Shown: positions 36,902 to 43,775, counted from the first letter of the stretch. The stretch is 43,775 nt of DNA from Acidimicrobiales bacterium (GCA_035533675.1 DATLTI010000228.1:1-43775); one strand, 5' to 3'. Notes: generated by a model not told the origin, from the sequence alone. Translations and numbers: made by a program.

Positions 36902-38107
36902 ATGAGCGACGTCGACGTGTTGCGCGAGGGAGAACCGAGCGAGGTCGCCATGGACCCGGCCCGCGTAGAGATGGCGCGCCAACTGCTGCGCTCGCACGTC
37001 GAGGACGGGAGTACGCCGACACTCGTGGCCGTGGTGGCCCGTCACGGAGTGATCGTGCTCGCCGAAGCCCTAGGTCAGCGCGGTCCTGGGATGGGGCCGG
37101 TCCAACTTGATGACCCCACCAACGTGGCGTCGATTTCCAAATCGATCACTGCCGCACTCGTAATGATGTTTGCTGAGGACGGTGTGTTGAGCATCAACCG
37201 GCCCGTCGTCGACTATCTGCCCGACATGCCCCGTGAGGGCAACGACCGGATCCTGCTCTCGCACCTGCTCACCCACACGTCGGGTTTTGACAGCGAGGTC
37301 CTGAAGGCGGCCTCAATGGAGCGAGTCAAGAGCGGGGAGTATTCGCCGTGTCCCGAGGGCGTCGACCTCATGACGCATCTCATGTTGGTGACGAACTGGG
37401 ACACCCCGCGCAGTTGGGACGTGGGCAGCCGGATGAACTACTGCAACTTGAACTTCTCCCTGCTGGGCGAGGTGTTGCGTCGCGTCAGCGGCGCGTCGCT
37501 GGACGCACTCGCGCGACGCCGGCTCTTCGAGCCCCTCGGCATGGTGAACTCGGGATTCGTCCTCGACGACGCACAGGCCCGGCGGCGAATCCGGCGAGGG
37601 ACCGACGTTCCTGGCGGCCAGGCGCTCATCTTTGATGACTACTGGCTACCGGGATTTGAGACTCCGGAGTTCGCGGAGATGCAAGACGGCGCGGGCGGTC
37701 TCAAGACCAGCGCCAGTGACGTCGCGATCTTTGGCCAGATGCTGCTCAACGCTGGGCGTTACGGTGAGGCGAAGGTCCTTAGCGCGGCGTCCGTGGCTGC
37801 AATGATGCGCAACCAGACACCCGGTATTCCCGTGGACATCTTTGGCCAGTACCACCCCGAGTCGGGCTGGGGGTACGGCCTGAGTGTCAACGTCGGCGAG
37901 AAGTGGGCCCACTGGCGGGGTGGGCTCAACTCGATTGGCAGTGTCGGGCACGGCGGCTCGGGCGGCAGCATCTTTAGCATCGACCCGGTCACGGGCGTCA
38001 ACATCGTGGTGCTCGAGATCGCGACGCGGATGAACGAGTACGGCGAGGCGCCCTCGTGCGTGGCCGACCGCTTCGAGAGTGTGATCTACTCCTCACTCGT
38101 GGACTGA
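36902..38107 (+). CDS. Beta-lactamase-fold serine hydrolase, paralog 2
   Basis: SISK motif and GHGGSGGS; collinear with paralog 1 over its full length; GGAGGGG RBS. Confidence 0.85.
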   Translation: MSDVDVLREGEPSEVAMDPARVEMARQLLRSHVEDGSTPTLVAVVARHGVIVLAEALGQRGPGMGPVQLDDPTNVASISKSITAALVMMFAEDGVLSINRPVVDYLPDMPREGNDRILLSHLLTHTSGFDSEVLKAASMERVKSGEYSPCPEGVDLMTHLMLVTNWDTPRSWDVGSRMNYCNLNFSLLGEVLRRVSGASLDALARRRLFEPLGMVNSGFVLDDAQARRRIRRGTDVPGGQALIFDDYWLPGFETPEFAEMQDGAGGLKTSASDVAIFGQMLLNAGRYGEAKVLSAASVAAMMRNQTPGIPVDIFGQYHPESGWGYGLSVNVGEKWAHWRGGLNSIGSVGHGGSGGSIFSIDPVTGVNIVVLEIATRMNEYGEAPSCVADRFESVIYSSLVD

Positions 38108-38180
38108 CTGAGCCGTCACTCTCAATGGGTCGCTCCGGTTCGGGTTGGCGACAGGGGCGCGCAGGCGAAGGCGCCGAGTG

Positions 38181-38275
38181 GTGGGCGAGGGGGGACTGCA
38201 CCCCCTCCAGAGGTCCTTTTGGACCCCTCGACCACATCCGGACGAACACGCACCCTTTTGGGGTGTGGGTTGGTC
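38181..38275 (-). repeat. tRNA-Leu 3'-half-like repeat, copy B
   Basis: GTGGGCGAGGGGGGACTG...CCAGAGGTCCTTTTGGACCCCTCGACCACATCCGGACGAACACGCACCCTTTTGGGGTGTGGGTTGGTC; nearly identical to copy C. Confidence 0.8.
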
Positions 38276-38369
38276 ATCTGCTTAATTTAGCGAGGACGAA
38301 TTGTTGGCGCCATTCGTATGTGGGCTTCGGCTGAAACAACTCCGAGTCATTGTCTATTTGGCAGTGATC

Positions 38370-39020
38370 TCAGGAGAGTCGCTTGAGCTGATCATGGAGA
38401 TCGCGGAGCATCTCTCTAATTTCGCGAGCCGACGTCAGGTCGTTTTTGTCTAACCGGTCTCCTAGAGCGTTTACCAGATGCTGCCCCTCAAGTTCGAAAA
38501 GAGCCAGTTCGACAGAATTGGCTGACGGCGCTTCGCTGGGAGTCGCGCTCGTCTGGGATTGATGAATCGGTACGTCGTAATGCCGTCGTTCCGGACGACG
38601 ACCCTGACCTTTGAGGGCCATACGGACCAAACTCTCGAACCGGAAGATGGTGGATTTGGATCTCCCCCGATGTATGTCGGCCAGCAACCCAACCGCACAA
38701 CTACCCCCGCATTCAATGGCTGCGACCACGTCTGATCCCATTCGGCTTTCTATGACATTAAGCAGGGATGTATCGCCGGCAACTATGCGCCGAAGTACAA
38801 GAGTCCCTTGGCCGTCTTGCACCATACCGAGTGCGGTCAAAGAAGCACGGATTTGCGCCCAAGTCCGACTATCAGTTGTGGGGGGACAGACCAGTGGCTT
38901 CAAGAGGTCTTCTCGCCCGAGAGATTTGAGGTAAGACATCAATGACGCAAAGGTTGCTTGAGGTATGCGGAGCAACGGCTCTGGCGTGGGCACCCGTAGT
39001 TGATCTTCCTGCATCGACAT
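38370..39020 (-). CDS. Hypothetical protein (216 aa), no family recognised
   Basis: Clean ORF in the AT-richer islet with a charged helical C-terminus. Divergent from the DUF5678-like gene. Confidence 0.55.
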   Translation of the reverse strand: MSMQEDQLRVPTPEPLLRIPQATFASLMSYLKSLGREDLLKPLVCPPTTDSRTWAQIRASLTALGMVQDGQGTLVLRRIVAGDTSLLNVIESRMGSDVVAAIECGGSCAVGLLADIHRGRSKSTIFRFESLVRMALKGQGRRPERRHYDVPIHQSQTSATPSEAPSANSVELALFELEGQHLVNALGDRLDKNDLTSAREIREMLRDLHDQLKRLS

Positions 39021-39031
39021 GGTGCCTAATT

Positions 39032-39166
39032 CTACGTAAGTTAGGCCAATTACGGCGAGCGAAGCGTAATAATTGGCCCTGAAAGGGCTTCTAACCCGCT
39101 AAAATACATCGTCATGCCCAACTAAGCAGCATGCGAACTTACGTGAAAGAATGGTAGAATTACGTG
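39032..39166. promoter_or_regulatory. Divergent control region with three TTACGT-core sites and two hairpins
   Basis: CTACGTAAGTT (39032-39042) is the inverted partner of AACTTACGTG (39136-39145). A further AATTACGTG lies at 39158-39166, 21-22 nt further on. There is a 9-bp stem GGCCAATTA / TAATTGGCC (39044-39078) and GCCCT-GAA-AGGGC (39076-39088). Confidence 0.35.
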
Positions 39167-39190
39167 TATGTTATTTGGGAGGTTGCCGTA

Positions 39191-39457
39191 ATGCGGATTC
39201 GAATGCAGTGGACGAAGCGCCTTAGACGCCTGTACCGTGGAAAGATGTCTGCCCGCGACGAACACTTGAAGATGGAGCAGGCATTTGTTGAGTGCGCTGG
39301 GCAGTGGGTGGCTGTTGATCGAGAGACCGGGGATGTCATTGCCGCTCGCAGCACTCCTTACGATCTCTCCGCGTATATAAAGTCCGCCGGGATTCGCAGT
39401 GTGGACATAGTTAGGGCGCCATCTGAGCAAGAGCCTGAAATGGTTGGATTCGGCTGA
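39191..39457 (+). CDS. Small DUF5678-like protein (88 aa)
   Basis: The core ...FVECAGQWVAVDRETGDVIAARSTPYDLSAYIKSAGIRSVDIVRAPSE matches my recollection of the DUF5678 pattern (G-[KQ]-W-V-A-[IV] ... V-[VI]-A ... then [VI]-x-[RK]-[VA]-P). ATG at 39191 follows a GGGAGG RBS; the track start is 39164. Confidence 0.6.
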   Translation: MRIRMQWTKRLRRLYRGKMSARDEHLKMEQAFVECAGQWVAVDRETGDVIAARSTPYDLSAYIKSAGIRSVDIVRAPSEQEPEMVGFG

Positions 39458-39506
39458 AAAGTGAGTCGGCTAGGTCGATTAGACCGCTGAATGCCTTGGA
39501 TTATGC

Positions 39507-40022
39507 GTGACAATTCCTGCTCTTCCTTGGCGATATCCCTTCCAGGTAGACGCACCACGTCTGCGACCAATTCTTCGGCCGATTGTGAGCGCCCAACTTA
39601 GAGGCGCTGATTCGAGCACTCCATTTAAGGCTCTCGTTGATTCGGGTTCCGAGCACGTTTTGGCCGCCCCCTGGCTGGTCTCGGACGCTGGTGTTGATTT
39701 GCGGAATCCAAAATACAGTCTTCGGCTCGGAATTGGCGGTGAAAATCCGCTGGTGAATTTCACGGACCTTAAAATTCGACTGCTTCATCCGCAGGGGGAC
39801 GATGATCATTTCATCGAGTGGGAGACCGAGGTTGGTTTTCCTGAGCATTGGCGGGCACCTTGGCCAATGCTGCTCGGACAACATGGATTTTTTGATCAAT
39901 TTACGGTGTCAATGCATCGTGCTGCGGCACTGACGGTGATCGAAGAATGGGGTACGTTCGATCAGCGTTTTGGTATAGAAGTTCGCGAGTCCGATGATCA
40001 CACGAGGCGTAACCCACAATAA
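39507..40022 (+). CDS. Retropepsin-like (clan AA) aspartic protease domain protein
   Basis: Active-site context FKALVDSGSEHVLA (D-S-G) and a C-terminal MLLGQHGFFDQFTVSM block equivalent to the [IL]LG.d.L..f dimerisation strand of bacterial retropepsin-like proteins. GTG start lies 50 nt after the preceding stop. Confidence 0.65.
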   Translation: MTIPALPWRYPFQVDAPRLRPILRPIVSAQLRGADSSTPFKALVDSGSEHVLAAPWLVSDAGVDLRNPKYSLRLGIGGENPLVNFTDLKIRLLHPQGDDDHFIEWETEVGFPEHWRAPWPMLLGQHGFFDQFTVSMHRAAALTVIEEWGTFDQRFGIEVRESDDHTRRNPQ

Positions 40023-40066
40023 TTCATTGAAGTTAGCGCTTTAGTCGAATCCGGCAGAAGATGAAA

Positions 40067-40417
40067 TTAAACCCAATCGCCGTATTCGATTTCCCTGTTA
40101 AGAGCCGTATCCCAATCGATCGGCCATCCGTTTGTGTCGTAGCCGTTGGGTGTCGCGGTGAAATCGAACTCGTACCGAAAGTATTTTCCGTCATCGGGGC
40201 GCTGAAACCTCAATAAGCCCGTGCACATAGCGCCAGCTTGCACGTCTTTCCATGTCAAGTCGGGCATATCAGGAAGAGGAACCTCAACAGATTTACCCCC
40301 CTGCAAAATATGACTCGTCACCGTCCACGTCGTCGCCGGATCTGGACCGCGACCATTTACAGATATTGAAGCCTTTACAAGTTCAATGCGAATAGGGAAC
40401 GCCGCCGTGTTTTCCAT
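40067..40417 (-). CDS. Beta-rich hypothetical protein; the reading frame stays open upstream to 40804 and there encodes two TM helices
   Basis: The track ORF starts at ATG 40417, but the frame has no stop up to TAA at 40805-40807. The extension reads ...WAYKRTRYDHLRGVLAGFVVFPLAAAVV...AGVVAGVVTLVAVALLFGLIAFIVASKEQR.... A well-placed ATG at 40793 (AAGGGGG RBS) is one nucleotide out of frame. Confidence 0.5.
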   Translation of the reverse strand: MENTAAFPIRIELVKASISVNGRGPDPATTWTVTSHILQGGKSVEVPLPDMPDLTWKDVQAGAMCTGLLRFQRPDDGKYFRYEFDFTATPNGYDTNGWPIDWDTALNREIEYGDWV

Positions 40418-40925
40418 GACGGCATAGAACCGATAGTTGCGGTTACCTTTGACCGCCGATGGCGAATGTCCGGCCTTGGCGTGGACCAGTCCGAGGGAGT
40501 ACTTCGTCTCGTCGTCCGCCGAAGTGTCCGATGTCTTTCGCTTACTCAGTTGAAGTCTTAAGACATCTCTTTGTTCCTTTGAAGCGACAATGAAAGCGAT
40601 AAGCCCAAACAGGAGGGCGACGGCGACGAGAGTAACTACGCCTGCAACAACTCCGGCTTCGATCCGTGTGTGAAGTGGTGACCCTGTTTTGGGAGTAACC
40701 GTCGCATTAACTACAGCCGCAGCGAGGGGGAAGACTACGAAGCCCGCTAGGACTCCGCGTAGGTGGTCGTAGCGCGTGCGTTTGTACGCCCATAAAATGC
40801 CCCCTTATTGGGGTCCAGTTTTGGGCGCTCAGCCATTGAAAACACCTTAGGAGAGGCGATTGTGAAGAGTCTTGAATACAACTATTCTCGCGTTGGTGGT
40901 GTAACGGCCAATAGGCCCCTGCGTC

Positions 40926-41020
40926 GTGGGCGAGGGGGGACTGGGTCACCCCCAGAGGTCCTTTTGGACCCCTAGACCACATCCGGACGAACACGCACCC
41001 TTTTGGGCTGTGGGTTTGTC
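40926..41020 (-). repeat. tRNA-Leu 3'-half-like repeat, copy C
   Basis: Same 95-nt unit as copy B. The flanking TCGTGGGCGAGGGGGGACT (19 nt) is identical to the genuine tRNA locus. Confidence 0.8.
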
Positions 41021-41102
41021 GTGGCAGTGACGTTACATCATTCATTCGGCAAAGCGCAGCGAAAGGGGGAACGCGCAAATTCGCAACTGGGAACCGGCCG
41101 GC

Positions 41103-43097
41103 TCAGTTCGATCTCGCCGCCCCGCGGACCTTGTTGCCTCCGTGGCGTCCCAGGAAATCGAGGATGCGCCACAGGCGATCCTCATTCTGCGACGGCGGTG
41201 CACCGAAGGGGCCCACGGCCAGGTGTGAACCGCCCGGATACCGGACGTACTCCACCTTCTTGCCCATCAACTTGAGGGTGGTGTAGAACTCGTCGGACTG
41301 TGACGGTGGCGTACGCAAGTCCCCCTCGCTGACGTGAAGGAGTACCGGGGTGGTGACTTTTCGAGCGTGGGTGATCGGAGAGCGCTCCCGGTAGAGGGCC
41401 GTCGCACGCCAGGGGTCGCCGCCGACGGTCTCGGCCAGCCACGCTCCGCTGTCGCTGGTTCCGTACTCGGAAAAGAGATTGATCACCGGTGCACCGATGA
41501 TCGCGGCCTTGAACCGGTTGGTCTGGCCGACGATGAATGATGACATATAACCGCCGTAGGAGTAGCCCCCGACGAAAAGGCGCCGCTCGTCGACGCGGCC
41601 GCGCCGGAGGGCGTCGCCGACGCAGGCCATCAGATCGTGGTAATCCTCACCGCCCCAGTCGCCGTTGACCGCAAGGGCGAATTCCTCGCCGTAACTGGTC
41701 GAACCCCGGGGGTTGGGAAGGATGACCGTGTACCCCGCCGCGACCAGAGTCTGGTAGTAGGGAAAGAGCCCGGAGTGCGGGTTTATTCCGTGGGGACCGC
41801 CGTGGATTTCGAGATAGAGCGGGGTCTTGCCGTTCCTGCGTCCCGGTGAGGTGCGCTTTGGTGCCATCTCGAAATACTCGATCTCGAGGCCGTCGCGGGA
41901 CTTGACGCGCCGTCGGCGTGTCCCTGTCAGCTCCACCACGGCGAGCAACTCGTCGCTGGCTCGGCTGATCCGCGTCGGGGTGACTGACGCGTCGTCGAGC
42001 GCTCGGACGAACACTTCGTCAGGTGTGTCAACCCAGCCCGCGGTGTAGGCGAGGAGTCGTTGTCCCCGACTTCGGAAGAGCGAGAATCCGGTGACCCGCG
42101 TATCACCGTCGACGAGGGCTGATCCGCTGCGGCGCCCTATCCGGGCTCGCACGACGATTATCGACCCGCGGTCGACGATGCCAAAAAGTAGTTCGCTGGG
42201 CGAGAGCCAGGTGAAGGGAATCCTCTCGAACACGGGCCGGTCAAGGTCTGGCGCCACCCGCACCGGCTCGCCTCCCCGCTGCACGTCGAAAACGAGTAGC
42301 TGGTGGTGCCGTCCCGCCATCTGACTGACCTGGGGGACTGCGGCCACCGCGACGCGCCCTCCATCGGGGGAGAACCTAGGAGTGCAGGGCTCACCGAGCG
42401 CGCCCGAGAGCCGCTGAACCCGTCCACCCGCTGCCGGGACTATCCAGACCTTCCCGCGCCAGAAGACGTCATTGCGTCGGCGCGATCGGTCGGTCACAAA
42501 GACGATCTTCTTCCCATCAGGCGACCAACTCGGCTGTTGGTGGTCGTAGTCGCCCGAAGTGATCTGACGGACGAATCGAGTGGCGACGTGGCAAACAAAG
42601 AGATGGGTGCGCCCGTCGATCCAGCCGCGCCCGTCGAACCGGTTGAACGCGCCGCGCATGACGCGCGGCGCGTTGGTTACCTTCGGATCCTTCGTCGCCG
42701 GATCGGGCAGACCCACCGAGACCACCAGAACGATCTCTTTCCCGTCAGGCGACCATTCGTACCAGCTGACTGGCCCGGGGGTATCCACCTTCGTGGCGCT
42801 GCCGCCGCCGAGCGGAGCGAGGAAGAGGGACGGGGGTCCGTCGTCGGCGGACAGGTACGCCAGGTACCGTCCGTCGGGTGACCATCGCGGCGAGAGGTCG
42901 TGGGGACCATTGGTGAATTGGCGAGGCTCATCGGACCCGTCGCTGGCAGCGACCATGACCTTCGAGACTGGGGAGTCCTTGTCAAGATCGAAGGACATTT
43001 CGGTCCAAGCCACTCGTTCCCCGTCGGATGAGATCTGGGGGTCCGAGACCCCTCTGGTCAGCTTGAGGTCGTCAGGCCTCATTGGGCGTCGCACCAT
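41103..43097 (-). CDS. S9-family serine peptidase (prolyl oligopeptidase / acylaminoacyl-peptidase type) with N-terminal beta-propeller
   Basis: Nucleophile elbow GGYSYGGYM, and downstream Asp (SEGDLRTP) and His (GGSHL) contexts. Repeated SPDG propeller blades (WSPDGRYLAY, WSPDGKEIV, WSPDGKKIV, FSPDGGRVA). ATG at 43097 (MVRRPMRPDDL) was chosen; the track ORF extends to 43334 with a low-complexity Arg/Pro leader. Confidence 0.85.
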   Translation of the reverse strand: MVRRPMRPDDLKLTRGVSDPQISSDGERVAWTEMSFDLDKDSPVSKVMVAASDGSDEPRQFTNGPHDLSPRWSPDGRYLAYLSADDGPPSLFLAPLGGGSATKVDTPGPVSWYEWSPDGKEIVLVVSVGLPDPATKDPKVTNAPRVMRGAFNRFDGRGWIDGRTHLFVCHVATRFVRQITSGDYDHQQPSWSPDGKKIVFVTDRSRRRNDVFWRGKVWIVPAAGGRVQRLSGALGEPCTPRFSPDGGRVAVAAVPQVSQMAGRHHQLLVFDVQRGGEPVRVAPDLDRPVFERIPFTWLSPSELLFGIVDRGSIIVVRARIGRRSGSALVDGDTRVTGFSLFRSRGQRLLAYTAGWVDTPDEVFVRALDDASVTPTRISRASDELLAVVELTGTRRRRVKSRDGLEIEYFEMAPKRTSPGRRNGKTPLYLEIHGGPHGINPHSGLFPYYQTLVAAGYTVILPNPRGSTSYGEEFALAVNGDWGGEDYHDLMACVGDALRRGRVDERRLFVGGYSYGGYMSSFIVGQTNRFKAAIIGAPVINLFSEYGTSDSGAWLAETVGGDPWRATALYRERSPITHARKVTTPVLLHVSEGDLRTPPSQSDEFYTTLKLMGKKVEYVRYPGGSHLAVGPFGAPPSQNEDRLWRILDFLGRHGGNKVRGAARSN

Positions 43098-43518
43098 ACT
43101 GTCAAGTCCCTTCTCTTCGGCCGAAGTCGGCACAATAGGAAATTGTGTCACCTTCGCGCACGCTTCGCTCGGCCGACTCCGCGCAGGGGCACTGGTGTAG
43201 ACAGCGTACGAAGAAGTTGACACTTGATCCGCGCGAGGTCTACCGCCGCGACGGCGACGTCGATCGTGTTTCGGGGACGGTATTGGACGGGCGATTGAGA
43301 AGGGGGCTCTCGTCGGCGGGATCACTTCGGGCATGGACAGCGGTCAGTTGAAGAAACGCGTTCTTGGTTTCCTCGACCGGAAGGAGGTCAGGGATCTCGA
43401 CGACTGTGTGGAAAGGACTTCCGCAACTGCGAAAGGGCGCCGGCCGCCTCCGGTCAAAGTGAGGAAGGCGACCACGAAGGTTGCGACTAGTCCCGTTTGG
43501 AGAACGCCTCCGTGGTCG

Positions 43519-43602
43519 TGGGCGAGGGGGGACTTGAACCCCCACATCCTTTCGGACACAGGCACCTGAAGCCTGCGCGTCTGCCAATTTCGCCACTCGC
43601 CC
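43519..43602 (-). tRNA. tRNA-Leu (anticodon CAG), 84 nt, CCA not encoded
   Basis: Hand fold of GGGCGAG-TG-GCG-AAATTGGCAGA-CGC-G-CAGGC-TTCAGGT-GCCTG-TGTCCGAAAGGATGT-GGGGG-TTCAAGT-CCCCC-CTCGCCC-A. It has a 7-bp acceptor stem, the long variable arm typical of Leu, and a canonical T-loop. Confidence 0.9.
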
Positions 43603-43689
43603 TGAGACCACGCCACAATAGTCCAGGCGTTTCGGGACTCTTTCGACGCCCTTAACTACGAGGGACCGACCGGTACAGTTAGAGGTGCC

Positions 43690-43775
43690 ATGGTTCTTAA
43701 GAGTGTCGAAAACCGCCTTGAGCGTATCTTTGAGCGAACATTTTCGCGACCCTTCAAGAGCGCACTGCAGCCGAT
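43690..43775 (+). CDS. 5' end of an FhaA-like (DUF3662 N-terminal domain) gene, truncated by the window edge
   Basis: ATG follows a GAGGTG RBS. MVLKSVENRLERIFERTFSRPFKSALQP resembles the DUF3662 N-terminus of FhaA. tRNA-Leu next to fhaA is the arrangement recalled from Mycobacterium tuberculosis (leuT / Rv0020c). Confidence 0.5.
   Translation, partial: MVLKSVENRLERIFERTFSRPFKSALQP

Noticed and set aside
38156-38175. A GGCGC...GCGCC stem after hydrolase 2 as a terminator
   Set aside because: The stem is only 5 bp with a 10-nt loop and no U-tract, which is too weak to call.
32019-41020. Copies A, B and C as additional tRNA-Leu genes or a tmRNA
   Set aside because: There is no 5' acceptor strand complementary to CTCGCCC, no D-arm or anticodon arm, the T-loops are non-canonical (TGCAGT, TGACCCAGT), and there is no tag reading frame.
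40707-41078. A 123-aa ORF and its look-alike at 37998-38249 sharing FVRMWSRGPKGPL...QSPLAH
   Set aside because: The shared peptide is simply the translation of repeat copies B and C (and of the tRNA itself in ORFs 43344-43616 and 43240-43611). This is nucleotide-level repetition, not a protein family.
30774-43602. Search for an integrase, excisionase or recombinase that would explain the att-like repeats
   Set aside because: No ORF in any frame shows tyrosine- or serine-recombinase motifs. The only mobility gene is the IS630 DDE transposase, which does not target tRNA genes.

Overview
The window looks like a high-GC, Actinomycetota-type chromosomal segment. The right edge carries tRNA-Leu(CAG) divergent from an FhaA-like gene start, a synteny known from mycobacteria. 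Positions 1-29.5 kb are ordinary catabolic and transport clusters. They comprise a NitT/TauT-type ABC importer with a LysR regulator; a glutarate-type module (gcdH, aldehyde dehydrogenase, family III CoA-transferase); a five-gene Opp/Dpp-type peptide ABC operon; a DeoR-controlled sugar/polyol cluster (FGGY kinase, two SDRs, BtpA/SgcQ-like, TIM-barrel isomerase); an NCS1 permease; a PuuR-like regulator with aldehyde dehydrogenase and FAD amine oxidase; and an EamA exporter. Positions 29.5-43.6 kb are the unusual part. mmsA is interrupted by a complete IS630-family element and has also lost its 5' end. Beyond it, three degenerate, co-oriented copies of the 3' half of the neighbouring tRNA-Leu divide the region into three cassettes. 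These are (i) a class III cyclase-STAND-TPR giant plus two tandem beta-lactamase-fold hydrolases, (ii) a visibly AT-richer 2.6-kb islet of orphan genes that includes a small DUF5678-like gene followed by a retropepsin-like aspartic protease gene, and (iii) an S9 peptidase. No integrase, CRISPR array or rRNA is present. Other structure includes 11-bp-phased GCGTTGCTGAC repeat units in two long non-coding gaps, a duplication-flanked domain gain in the ABC binding-protein gene, and a shared operator-like motif in the DeoR cluster. Coordinates are anchored on the supplied ORF track. Start codons were refined by eye from RBS context. Homopolymer lengths and GC statements are hand readings, not computations.
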